IMG/VR virus record: IMGVR_UViG_3300005393_000370
DNA from: a virus
Strand: one strand, 5' to 3'
DNA: 64,000 nt
Part shown: one piece after another, positions 1 through 8,888 of the stretch
Layout: each line of letters begins with the position of its first letter
Numbering within the stretch: position 1 is the first letter of the stretch
Notes under the pieces: model-generated
The model's input: the letters and a program-made list of their open reading frames with translations, nothing else
Told to the model about the DNA's origin: nothing
The model's database searches: none
Program-made: the position numbers and the translations under genes

Positions 1-117
1 TCGGCAGCTTTACGAGAAGCTGCATCCGCCGGTGAAGTAAGTCGCCTCGTTTTCGCGTCTGTCCTGATCCCCTGACCATTCGGCTGAACAGCCATCCTCA
101 ACCCGGAGAAAAGAAAC

Positions 118-531
118 ATGAACCCCACCGTTGTGATTTGGATTCTCGCTGTCGTGTGCGCCATCCTCGTTGGCCGTGAAGTCGGCAAGTGGCTCTTCGC
201 CAAGAATGCCAAGCTGATGGAGAAGAAGCGGGCCGCCCAAGTGCTGGCCGGCAAGCTGCGTGAGAACGGCCTGCGGCTGCTGCCCGCCCTGCTTGAAGAC
301 TTCGCCGTGGGCGACGTGCAGGACATGGTGGAGAGGATTCACGATGTCGCCAAGGTCGTCGAAGCCGGCAACGAGGCCATCGAAAAGGAACTGGCCGGCG
401 TCTACGAGCGCGTCCTGGACGCGAAGCTGCGGCAGCCCGAGGGCCTGGCCTTCATCAAGGCGAAGATTGCCACTCTCGAAGCGCCCCCGGCCCCGGCCGA
501 GGCCCCGGCTCTCGCTCCGGCCAAGTCGTAA
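118..531 (+). CDS. hypothetical protein with N-terminal membrane anchor
   Basis: 137 aa; GGAGA upstream; hydrophobic N-terminus VVIWILAVVCAILVG followed by a helical charged region. Confidence 0.75.
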   Translation: MNPTVVIWILAVVCAILVGREVGKWLFAKNAKLMEKKRAAQVLAGKLRENGLRLLPALLEDFAVGDVQDMVERIHDVAKVVEAGNEAIEKELAGVYERVLDAKLRQPEGLAFIKAKIATLEAPPAPAEAPALAPAKS

Positions 532-555
532 AGCCACACACCTGCCGCACCGCTC

Positions 556-628
556 CCGTCAGGAGACGTGCATCAAGGGCAGGTCGCTCCGTTTTCCCGT
601 GCCCGGTTGCGGTCATACGCGACCGGGC
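556..628 (+). promoter_or_regulatory. intergenic structured element, copy A (homologous to 6965-7025)
   Basis: CCGTCAGGAGACGTGCATCAAGGGCAGGTCGCTCCG aligns with the capsid leader at 27 of 32 non-gap positions; followed by hairpin GCCCGGTTGC/GCGACCGGGC (601-628). Confidence 0.5.
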
Positions 629-714
629 CGGCTCTCCGCTGGCTCCTGGACCTGAGCCGCGAGCCACCCGATAACCGAAGACCCGGAAAGACCCCACGTG
701 CAACCATCGTTGTG

Positions 715-1080
715 ATGAAGAGCAAAACCCTTATACCTCTAATGGCCCTGCTTGCGTTGACGCTGGTTCTCTGGCTTGCTTCCGCTGTCGGTTGCGACGG
801 TCCTCATGGAGCAGCCCAGCCTGCCAATCCGTCCGTCAAGGTGCTGGCCTTTACCGCGACGTGGTGCGGGCCGTGTCAACGGGCCAAGCCGGCGCTGGCG
901 CAGATCGAGACCGCCGGCACGGAGGTGCAGATCATCGACATTGACGAGCAGCCTGCGTTGGCGCAGCAATACCGTGTCACCAGCGTGCCGACGTTCATCG
1001 TCTACGTTGGCAGCAGACAGGTCGTGCGGACCCAAGACGTTTCCGTGGTGGTATCCTGGGCGCGCTCCCGGAGCCGATGA
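715..1080 (+). CDS. exported thioredoxin, probable lipoprotein
   Basis: FTATWCGPC active site; IDID and VTSVPTF cis-Pro motif; N-terminal MKSK, hydrophobic stretch, then lipobox-like AVGC; start placed at ATG 715. Confidence 0.88.
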   Translation: MKSKTLIPLMALLALTLVLWLASAVGCDGPHGAAQPANPSVKVLAFTATWCGPCQRAKPALAQIETAGTEVQIIDIDEQPALAQQYRVTSVPTFIVYVGSRQVVRTQDVSVVVSWARSRSR

Positions 1081-1250
1081 TGGCCCGCCGTTGTCGCAAC
1101 TGTCCCGAGAAGCCGCAGCCGCAGCCTCAGCCTGTGCCAGCGAAATCGGCCGCCACGACGGAGCAACGAGTCGAATCCGTCCGGCGACGAAGGGAACTGA
1201 ACCGGCGACGACCAAGGCTGAACACGAGACATGAGGTTGCACCGGGCTGA
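1077..1250 (+). CDS. small basic hypothetical protein
   Basis: 57 aa translated by hand (MMARRCRNCPEKPQPQ...); ATG overlaps the thioredoxin stop. Confidence 0.35.
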   Translation: MMARRCRNCPEKPQPQPQPVPAKSAATTEQRVESVRRRRELNRRRPRLNTRHEVAPG

Positions 1251-1337
1251 ACGCCGCAGCAACCAGCGAGCCGCACTTGCCGCTGACCCCACGCGAACCC
1301 GAGAGTTGCAACCTCATCAATACTATGCTGGCTCTCC

Positions 1338-3011
1338 ATGAGTCTTGTAGACGACCTGAAACGGACCATTACGGAGGGATTGAAGAGTAAGACCCTCACG
1401 TCTTGCAGCCGGTGGGCCGAGAGTCGTCGGGTGATGGGGGCACCCTTCAACGGGCCTTACGGCTTTGGGCGGCATCCCTGGTGCCGCGAGATTCACGACA
1501 GCAAAGCGGCCTGGACGATTGCGATGAAGGCCGCCCAGTTGGGTGTGACGGAGACCGGAATCAATCGGGCCTTCTTCACGCTCGACCAGTTGAAGCGAGA
1601 TGTGCTCTACGTCCTGCCGACGACGCTCAACGCGAGCGACTTTTCCAAGGCCCGCTTTGCGACCGCGCTGAAGCTCAGCTTCTACCTGAAAAACCTGTTC
1701 GTCGATACGAACACAGTGGGGTTGAAATCGACGGGCACAAACGTCCTGTACATCCGAGGCAGCCGAGGCGACAGCAACCTGAAGTCCATCCCGGTGTCCG
1801 AGTTGGTCTTGGACGAGTTGGACGAGATGGACGCGCACGCGGTCTGGCTGGCGTTGGAGCGATTGAGCGGCCAGGTCGAGAAGCACATCCTGGCGATCTC
1901 GACGCCGACCGTGCCGAAATATGGCATCCACAAGCTGTTCCTGCAAAGCACCCAAGAGCACTTTTGCTTCAGGTGTCCGCACTGCGGCCGGCGAACGGAA
2001 TTGATCTGGCCCAATTGCGTGGAGATCATCGGCGAATCGGTCAACGATCCACGGTGCAAGGAATCGTTCCTCAAGTGCAAGGAGTGCAAGCACAAGCTGG
2101 AGCACGAGGCTAAGCCGGAGTTCCTAGCCGGCGGCGTGTGGAAGGCGACCGAAACCAACGTCCTGCCCGAGGAATCGCGGGGTTTCTACATCAATCAACT
2201 GTACTCATCCACGGTGACGCCAGGCGAACTGGTGATCGCCTACCATCGCGGACTCGGTGACGAAGCGGCCAACACGGAGTTCCATTGCAGCAAGCTGGGT
2301 GTGCCGTTCATCGGCGTTGGTGCCCAGGTGACGGACGAAATGATTGACGAGTGCTTGAAAGGGCACACGATCAACGATCCTCGGCCGCAGATCGGCGGCG
2401 ACCGCCTGATAACGATGGGCGTGGACCAGGGCAAGACTGGCTACATTTCGGTCGTAGATTGGCTCTTTGACCGGCACCCCGGCAGCGACGTGAGTGCTGC
2501 GGCCATCGGCAAGCTGCTCTGGTTCGGCAAGTTCGCGGAAGACGACTGGAACTACTTGGGCGAGTTGATGCGGGAGTGGCAAGTCCTGGCCTGTGTGGTG
2601 GACGCCGACCCCAACATCAACGACGCCCGCCGCTTTGCGAAGAAGTTTCACGGCTATGTGTGGCTGACGCGATACCGGCGAGGCCAGACGGCCAAAGAGG
2701 TTGCGATCAGCGAAGAGGAGACGGGAGCACCGTTCGCCACGGTGGACCGCACAAGCTGGCTGAGTTGCACGCTTGGTCGCTTCAAGTCGAAACCCTCCCG
2801 TATCCTGCTGCCGCGCGACATCAGCTTGGAATACCGCGAGCACGTCAAAAACCTGGTGCGGACCTATGAGAAGGACGACACCGGGAACATGGTGGCGACC
2901 TACGTGAACACGGGACCGGACCACTTCGCACACAGTCTCGTTTATGCGGACATCGGCCTGACGCTGGCTCCGCTGACGACCGGCGGTGAAGACATCGGAA
3001 AAGTAACGTAG
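1338..3011 (+). CDS. terL: terminase large subunit, lambda GpA-like
   Basis: VLYVLPT, Walker B LVLDELD, coupling motif ISTPT, CPHC...CKEC zinc finger, nuclease MGVDQG and C-terminal DHF; directly upstream of the portal. Confidence 0.92.
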   Translation: MSLVDDLKRTITEGLKSKTLTSCSRWAESRRVMGAPFNGPYGFGRHPWCREIHDSKAAWTIAMKAAQLGVTETGINRAFFTLDQLKRDVLYVLPTTLNASDFSKARFATALKLSFYLKNLFVDTNTVGLKSTGTNVLYIRGSRGDSNLKSIPVSELVLDELDEMDAHAVWLALERLSGQVEKHILAISTPTVPKYGIHKLFLQSTQEHFCFRCPHCGRRTELIWPNCVEIIGESVNDPRCKESFLKCKECKHKLEHEAKPEFLAGGVWKATETNVLPEESRGFYINQLYSSTVTPGELVIAYHRGLGDEAANTEFHCSKLGVPFIGVGAQVTDEMIDECLKGHTINDPRPQIGGDRLITMGVDQGKTGYISVVDWLFDRHPGSDVSAAAIGKLLWFGKFAEDDWNYLGELMREWQVLACVVDADPNINDARRFAKKFHGYVWLTRYRRGQTAKEVAISEEETGAPFATVDRTSWLSCTLGRFKSKPSRILLPRDISLEYREHVKNLVRTYEKDDTGNMVATYVNTGPDHFAHSLVYADIGLTLAPLTTGGEDIGKVT

Positions 3012-3024
3012 CGAGAGAGCAGGC

Positions 3025-4827
3025 ATGGCCGACGCGCAAACGATCAGCTTGGTTGACAGCCGCCATCCCGGCTACTTGTCCGGCATGACAGACTGGCGCA
3101 AGTGGCGTTTGTCCTACGACGGCGGCGACGAGTTCCGCGAGGTCTACCTGGAGAAGTTCTCCGCGCGGGAGGACCACCCGGAGTTCAACGCCCGCAAAGC
3201 CATGACGCCGATCCCGAAGTTCGCGGGCGCGGCGATCAACGACATCCGCAACGCGATCTATCAGCGGATGCGGGACATCACGCGCAAGGGCGGCAGCAAG
3301 GCGTACCAGTATGCTGTCAACGGAATGAACCTCGGCGTGGATCATCGCGGCTCGACTATGAACGCCTTTATCGGCGTGAAGGTCTTGACGGAATTGCTGG
3401 TCATGGGCCGGGTGGGCGTCTTCGTCGATGCCCCGGCGGTGCCCAGCGGTGCGACCTTGGCGGATGTGGGCGGCATTTCGCCGTACCTTTACAAGTACGA
3501 CATCGAAGACATCCTTAGCTGGACCTGCTCGAAGCCTGAAGAGCCGAGTGAGTTCCAAGCGCTGCTCTTGCGTGACACCGTGATGCAGTACGACCAGTCG
3601 TACTTCCTTCCGACGGTGCAGGTGCAGCGCTACCGGTATCTGTGGATCAACCCCGAGACCGGCAGGGTCATCTTGCAGTTCTATAACCTGGAAGGCACGC
3701 CGACCGACAAAGACGGCCAGCCGGCCGGCCCCGTCGAGTTGGAATTGACCCGCATCCCGTTCGTGATGCTGGACATCGGCAACAGCTTGATTAAGGACGT
3801 GTGCCAGCACCAGATCGCGCTGCTGAACCTGGGTTCGAGCGACGTGAGCTACGCCCTCCGCAGCAACTTCCCCTTCTACGTCGAGCAGAAGGACCTGCGG
3901 GCGGTCGGTGCCCACTTGAAGCACGCCGCCACGGGGGACGGCACAGCGACGACCGGCGGCCAAGGGGCAGCCGAGACAGACATCAAGGTCGGCGCGACCC
4001 ACGGCCGGGCCTACGACAAGGGAATGAACCCGCCGACTTTCATCAATCCTTCGTCCGAGCCGCTACGGGCAAGTTTGGAACTACAAGACCGGCTGAAGAG
4101 GGACATTCGCGAGTTGGTGAATCTCGCCGTGTCGGCTCTTGCCGTCCGCGCGTCGGCCGAATCGAAGGCAATGGACAACCAGGGCCTTGAGGCCGGGCTG
4201 TCCTACATCGGCCTGCTCTTGGAGAGTGGCGAGCGGCAGATTTGCGAGCACTGGGCGTCCTACGAGGAGCGGAACGCTGCGAAGCGTGAGGTCGCCACGA
4301 TCAAGTATCCCGACCGGTACTCGTTGAAGACCGACGCCGACCGGATCAAGGAAGCGCAGGACCTGACGAAGCTGATGAACAGCGTCCCCGGCCGGAAGGT
4401 CAAGAAGGAATTGTCCAAGGGGATCGTGCAAGCACTGCTGGGCGGCAAGGTCAGCGTGAACGATTTGGAAGCGATCAACGAAGAGATTGACAGCGCTCAC
4501 TACACCAATGCCGACCCGAACACGATCATCCTGGCGGCCCAGGCTGGATTGGTCGGCGAGCAGACGGGTTCCGTGGCCCTGGGGTTCGACGACGACGAAT
4601 ATCTGGCGGCCCGGCAGGATCATTTGGACCGCGTGAAGCGGATCGCGGAGGCCCAGGGCTTGACGGGCAAAGGCAAGCCGGGCAGCGATCCAGCGGCCCG
4701 AGGGGTGGCGGACCTTTCGACGAATCCCAACGCGGGTGAAGAGGAAAAGGCCGTCAGCCGCAACACGGATTTGCAGGACACCACGGCCCCGCGTGTGCGC
4801 GGCAAGGGGCGCTTTGCAGGAGAATAA
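3025..4827 (+). CDS. portal protein
   Basis: 600 aa directly after terL; RHP..W.KWR..Y.GG N-terminus and IPFV motif typical of portals; synteny. Confidence 0.8.
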   Translation: MADAQTISLVDSRHPGYLSGMTDWRKWRLSYDGGDEFREVYLEKFSAREDHPEFNARKAMTPIPKFAGAAINDIRNAIYQRMRDITRKGGSKAYQYAVNGMNLGVDHRGSTMNAFIGVKVLTELLVMGRVGVFVDAPAVPSGATLADVGGISPYLYKYDIEDILSWTCSKPEEPSEFQALLLRDTVMQYDQSYFLPTVQVQRYRYLWINPETGRVILQFYNLEGTPTDKDGQPAGPVELELTRIPFVMLDIGNSLIKDVCQHQIALLNLGSSDVSYALRSNFPFYVEQKDLRAVGAHLKHAATGDGTATTGGQGAAETDIKVGATHGRAYDKGMNPPTFINPSSEPLRASLELQDRLKRDIRELVNLAVSALAVRASAESKAMDNQGLEAGLSYIGLLLESGERQICEHWASYEERNAAKREVATIKYPDRYSLKTDADRIKEAQDLTKLMNSVPGRKVKKELSKGIVQALLGGKVSVNDLEAINEEIDSAHYTNADPNTIILAAQAGLVGEQTGSVALGFDDDEYLAARQDHLDRVKRIAEAQGLTGKGKPGSDPAARGVADLSTNPNAGEEEKAVSRNTDLQDTTAPRVRGKGRFAGE

Positions 4828-4830
4828 TCC

Positions 4831-5427
4831 ATGCTCGTTGACATTGATCGGGAGTCCCAACCACAGTTTCGTACCGGCAGCGGCTCCGTGGGCCTCGATG
4901 TCATCCGCCTCGGTTCGGCGGATGCCCGCCAGACCATCACCGTGACGGCCACGACTGGCACCTTCAAGCTGTCGCTGGATGGCGTCGAGACGGCTGCCAT
5001 TGCCTTCGATGCCCTGGCAGCGACCGTACAGACGAGATTGGAAGCCCTCCTCGGCGCGGGGAATGTCGCGGTCTCCGGCAATGCTGGCGGCCCATTCACT
5101 ATGACGGCGAAGGATACCAAACGCTGGCAACGGATCAGCGCGTTGATTGGCATCGACGTGGACCTGGAAGGAGAGGACCACGGAGTCGCTGTGAGCGTCG
5201 TCGAACACGGTCATGCGGTCGGTGGTGAGGCGAAGAAGTATGTCGTGATCCGCGCCAATGGGGCCAATGCCAACGTCATTACGGTCGGCCATTCGGTCGC
5301 GGACGTGGGCAACGGGTTCATCCTCTCGGCCGGGCAGCAAAGTCCGCCGATCTACGTGGACAACCTGAACAAGGTCTATCTCGTCGGCGGTGCGGCGGAC
5401 CAGGGCTACTCGTGGATCGCCTGTTAG
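4831..5427 (+). CDS. putative virion protein with inserted beta module
   Basis: 198 aa in the head module; central QTITVTATTGTFKLSLDG...GNVAVSGNAGGPFT segment resembles a module recurrent in phage structural proteins. Confidence 0.6.
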   Translation: MLVDIDRESQPQFRTGSGSVGLDVIRLGSADARQTITVTATTGTFKLSLDGVETAAIAFDALAATVQTRLEALLGAGNVAVSGNAGGPFTMTAKDTKRWQRISALIGIDVDLEGEDHGVAVSVVEHGHAVGGEAKKYVVIRANGANANVITVGHSVADVGNGFILSAGQQSPPIYVDNLNKVYLVGGAADQGYSWIAC

Positions 5428-5437
5428 GGTGTAGCCG

Positions 5438-5992
5438 ATGGCGCTGAACTACGACTACTACGGCAAGGCAGAGGGCGATACGCCGGCCGAGCGGACGGCC
5501 GAGGCGATGGAATACTTCGCCCACCGCCTCCACGAGACGGCGTGGACCGATGCCAGCGATAGCGACCGCGAGAAGGCGCTGATTGCCGCCCGAGGGATCA
5601 TAGACGCCTTGAACTACAAGGGCGTGAAGCACAGCGTTTATACGCTCTGCGGTTCTTCGGATACGAGCGGCCAGTCTGCCGAGGCGCTGCGGGCCGCCGC
5701 GGCGAGTCAAGCCTTGGAGTTTCCGCGCGGCGAAGACACGGTGGTTCCCGAGGCCATCCGCATTGCCCAGTACGAAATTGCCTATGCGTTGTTGGACGGC
5801 AAGGACCCGGAGTTGGAGTTGGAGAACCTTGCCGTCACGGCGATGGGCTACGGGGCAGTCAAGACCAGCTACGAGCGCGGTCAACTACCCATCGAGCACA
5901 TTGTAAACCTGGTGCCGAGTTCTGTTGCGTGGCGCTTGCTCAAGCCTTTCTTGCGCGACTCGGACGCCTTGAAGTTGTCACGATTGAGCTAG
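5438..5992 (+). CDS. head-tail adaptor, DnaT-like family
   Basis: KALIAA...IDALNYKG, QALEFPR and VPEAIRIAQYEIA motifs typical of this phage family. Confidence 0.65.
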   Translation: MALNYDYYGKAEGDTPAERTAEAMEYFAHRLHETAWTDASDSDREKALIAARGIIDALNYKGVKHSVYTLCGSSDTSGQSAEALRAAAASQALEFPRGEDTVVPEAIRIAQYEIAYALLDGKDPELELENLAVTAMGYGAVKTSYERGQLPIEHIVNLVPSSVAWRLLKPFLRDSDALKLSRLS

Positions 5993-6103
5993 GCGCGTGC
6001 CCTGGCTCCCTTTCCTACCGGCGCGATGCCGGGTCAGGCTCCGCTGAAACCGAATAGGCGGGTCGGCTTGCTATCAGTTCCATTCGGGTTGAGGAATGTT
6101 CGC

Positions 6104-6961
6104 ATGTTCCGTTCGCTGTATCTGTCTCGTCCGTGGAATGCGTGTTTCGAGGGTGACGATGATGCTGCCGCGAAGGCTGCCGCCGACAAAGCCGCCGCCG
6201 ACAAGGCTCCTGCCGAGGCCGCTGCTGCGGCTGCCGGCAAGACGTTCACCCAGGAAGACGTGAACCGCTTTCTCGCGGAGGATCGTCGCAAGTACCAGGC
6301 CCAGATCAAGGAGCAGGCCGACAAGTTGGAGAGCGTGCTGAAGAACAGCCAGTTGAGCGAGCAGGACCGCAAAGTGCTGCAAGAGAACCTGGCGACCCTC
6401 CAAGGCCAGTTGCGGTCGGCCGAAGCGGCGGCGGCAAAGCAGAAACAGGAATTGGAACAGCAGTTCCAAGCGAAGTTGGTGGACGCGGAGAAGAAATCCC
6501 AGATTTGGGAGGCACTGTACCGCGAGTCCACCGTGCAGCGGGCGTTGCAGGACGCCGCCGTGAAGGGTGAAGCGTGGGCACCCAGCCAGATCGTCACGAT
6601 TCTGAAGCCCATGACGAAGCTGGTCGAAGGCGTCGATCCGATCACGAATCGGCCCAACGGCCAGTACGAAGTGAAGATTGAAATGCTCGATACAAACCCC
6701 AAGACCGGTCAGAAGGAGTTGATGGTCTACACCCCCAACGAAGCCGTGGCGCGGATGAAGGAACTGGAGGACCAGTACGGCAACCTCTTCAAGTCGGGCG
6801 TCGTATCGGGCATCGGTTCGAGTTCGGCCACCGGCGGCCTCATGCCGGGTAAGGGCGGTCGATTAGATGCGGCGACGTTGAGGAACCTCACGCCGCAGCA
6901 GTATCGAGAGATTCGAGAGAAGAACCCTGAATTGCTCGGTCTCGCTCCCAAGCGCCGCTAG
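6104..6961 (+). CDS. capsid scaffolding protein
   Basis: Ala/Lys-rich N-region, KTFTQEDVNRFLA motif and long coiled coil; directly before the major capsid gene; start placed at ATG 6104 after GAGG. Confidence 0.8.
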   Translation: MFRSLYLSRPWNACFEGDDDAAAKAAADKAAADKAPAEAAAAAAGKTFTQEDVNRFLAEDRRKYQAQIKEQADKLESVLKNSQLSEQDRKVLQENLATLQGQLRSAEAAAAKQKQELEQQFQAKLVDAEKKSQIWEALYRESTVQRALQDAAVKGEAWAPSQIVTILKPMTKLVEGVDPITNRPNGQYEVKIEMLDTNPKTGQKELMVYTPNEAVARMKELEDQYGNLFKSGVVSGIGSSSATGGLMPGKGGRLDAATLRNLTPQQYREIREKNPELLGLAPKRR

Positions 6962-6964
6962 CAC

Positions 6965-7025
6965 CTGTCAGGGGATGTGCGTGAAAGGTCGCTCCGGCGG
7001 CTGACTGGTCATGGCGACTGGCAGC
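6965..7025 (+). promoter_or_regulatory. intergenic structured element, copy B, in the capsid gene leader
   Basis: CTGTCAGGGGATGTGCGTGAAAGGTCGCTCCG followed by GGTCATGGCGACTGGC, homologous to 556-628. Confidence 0.5.
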
Positions 7026-7070
7026 AGCGCCCAAGAGCAGAATCATCCCATCAGCTTTGGAGAAACAACG

Positions 7071-8477
7071 ATGAATCGTCTCTACCTCAGCCAGCCGTTC
7101 GTGGCTTGCTACGAAAACAACCTGGACGCCTACATCCCCGAGTTGTGGGCGCAGGAAGGTCTCGCCATCCTGGAAGAGAACATGGTCATGGCGAACCTGG
7201 TTCACCGCGACTTCGAGAACGAGGTCGCCAAGTTCGGCGACGTGGTGAACACCCGGAAGCCGGGCGAGTTCAAGATTCGCCGGAAAACGGACGGCACCAC
7301 GCTGACCCAGCAGGACGCCACCGCGACCAACGTGCCGGTCGCCCTGGACCAATGGTTCTATTCCAGCTTCGTGATCCGCGACGGCGAAGGCAGCAAGTCC
7401 TTCCAGGAGTTGAAGGAAATCTACCTCCAGCCCGCGATGCTGACCATCGCGCGCGGCATCGACCGCTCCCTACTCGGCCGGGTCCACGCCTACTTCGGCG
7501 GCACCCACGACCGCATCGGCCGGCTTGGTGCCCTCAGCGCCAGCAACGCCAAGGATTGGAGCCTGGACGCCCGCGAGCGCCTGAACGTCAACAAGGCCCC
7601 CGTGGACGGCCGCCGGCTGGTCATGGCCCCGACCGCCGAGACCGCCATGCTCAAGACCGACCTGTTCATCAAGGCTAACGAGCGAGGCGACGGCGGCACG
7701 GCGTTGCAGAACGCCACCCTGGGCCGCATCCTCGGCTTCGACACCTTCATGTGCCAGAACGTCAACTGCGTTCTGAGTGGGGACACCGACAGCGATCCGG
7801 TGACGGAGCCCTACGCGGCCGGCACACCCGGCGCGACCCAGTTCGCGTCCGTCCTGGCCCCGGAGGCGGGCGAGTTCGTCAACATCGCCGGCAACGACCA
7901 GCCGACGTGGTGCGTCACGACCAACGCCGCCTGGTTCACGCTGAACGAGGCCCTGAAGTACGCCACGCTGGACGACGCCGTTGCCACGCGCGTCAAGAAG
8001 TGCCGTGCGCAGCATGGCCTGGCGAACCTGCCGGTCGGCTACAGCAAGGCCATCGTGCTCGACCAGTACACCGCTGGCAGCGCTCCGCAAGTCGGCCAGT
8101 TGCTCGCCTTCGGCAGCACCGCTGGCACCCGGCACACCTACACGGTGATCGAGTCGGAAGACGCCGGTGCGACTTGCACGGTGTACCTCGATCGGCCGCT
8201 GGAGAAGGTCGTGAGCGCCGACGACGCCGCTTACCCCGGCCCGCTCGGTTCGATGAACCTGGCGTTCCATCGGGACGCCCTGGCCCTCGTGACCCGGCCG
8301 CTGGCCCTGCCGGATACCCGCATGGGCGTCATGGCCGCCGTGGTCCCGCACAACGGGATCGGGATGCGCGTCTTGATGCAGTACGACATCAACGCGGGCG
8401 GGACCGTCGTGAACTGCGACATCCTGGCTGGCGTGGCCGTTCTGCAAAGCGGCCTCTGCGTCCCCGTGCTCGGCTAA
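7071..8477 (+). CDS. major capsid protein, P22 coat-like HK97 fold with insertion domains
   Basis: IPELWAQE..LEEN.V..LVHRDF..GDVVN, LG.I.GFDTFM and NLAFHRDA.ALV.RPL motifs; start at ATG 7071 after GGAGA. Confidence 0.9.
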   Translation: MNRLYLSQPFVACYENNLDAYIPELWAQEGLAILEENMVMANLVHRDFENEVAKFGDVVNTRKPGEFKIRRKTDGTTLTQQDATATNVPVALDQWFYSSFVIRDGEGSKSFQELKEIYLQPAMLTIARGIDRSLLGRVHAYFGGTHDRIGRLGALSASNAKDWSLDARERLNVNKAPVDGRRLVMAPTAETAMLKTDLFIKANERGDGGTALQNATLGRILGFDTFMCQNVNCVLSGDTDSDPVTEPYAAGTPGATQFASVLAPEAGEFVNIAGNDQPTWCVTTNAAWFTLNEALKYATLDDAVATRVKKCRAQHGLANLPVGYSKAIVLDQYTAGSAPQVGQLLAFGSTAGTRHTYTVIESEDAGATCTVYLDRPLEKVVSADDAAYPGPLGSMNLAFHRDALALVTRPLALPDTRMGVMAAVVPHNGIGMRVLMQYDINAGGTVVNCDILAGVAVLQSGLCVPVLG

Positions 8478-8502
8478 CCCTGATCTCCGTCGAGCGAGCT
8501 GC

Positions 8503-8543
8503 GGTCGCCCGGCCCGGACAATACCGGGCCGGGCGGCCTTTCT
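8503..8543 (+). terminator. putative intrinsic terminator after the capsid gene
   Basis: stem CGCCCGGCCCGG/CCGGGCCGGGCG, 6-nt loop, followed by CCTTTCT. Confidence 0.65.
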
Positions 8544-8580
8544 ACCATCCACTGCGCCTGCGGGCGGACGGAGATGCCTC

Positions 8581-8877
8581 ATGGAACTGTTCTTTGCCCA
8601 AGCCGATACGTTTGCCGATGCGATTGCCTTGCTCAAGCAGTACGGCCCGCTGGTCCTGGTGACTGCCATTCTTCTCTGGCAAAGCTGGGTCCGCGAAGGT
8701 CGCATGACCAAACGGATCGTGAAGCTCGAAGACGAGCAACGCAACGTGCTCATGCCACTTGTCGAGCGTTGCGCGGATGTGATCGCCCAGAACACCTTGA
8801 TGATGGAGCGGCTGGAGAAGGCGCTGGACGAGCGCTTCGAGTGCCCTTGGCGGCCCAAATGCTCGCAACAAACCTGA
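8581..8877 (+). CDS. small single-TM protein with coiled coil (holin-like)
   Basis: 98 aa; TM YGPLVLVTAILLWQSW; GGAGA RBS. Confidence 0.55.
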   Translation: MELFFAQADTFADAIALLKQYGPLVLVTAILLWQSWVREGRMTKRIVKLEDEQRNVLMPLVERCADVIAQNTLMMERLEKALDERFECPWRPKCSQQT

Positions 8878-8888
8878 GCGTGACGCCC

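Noticed and set aside
471-510. Fifth copy of the bipartite element (CACTCTCGAA at 471)
   Set aside because: The second box GCAATCTCTCA is absent at the required spacing.
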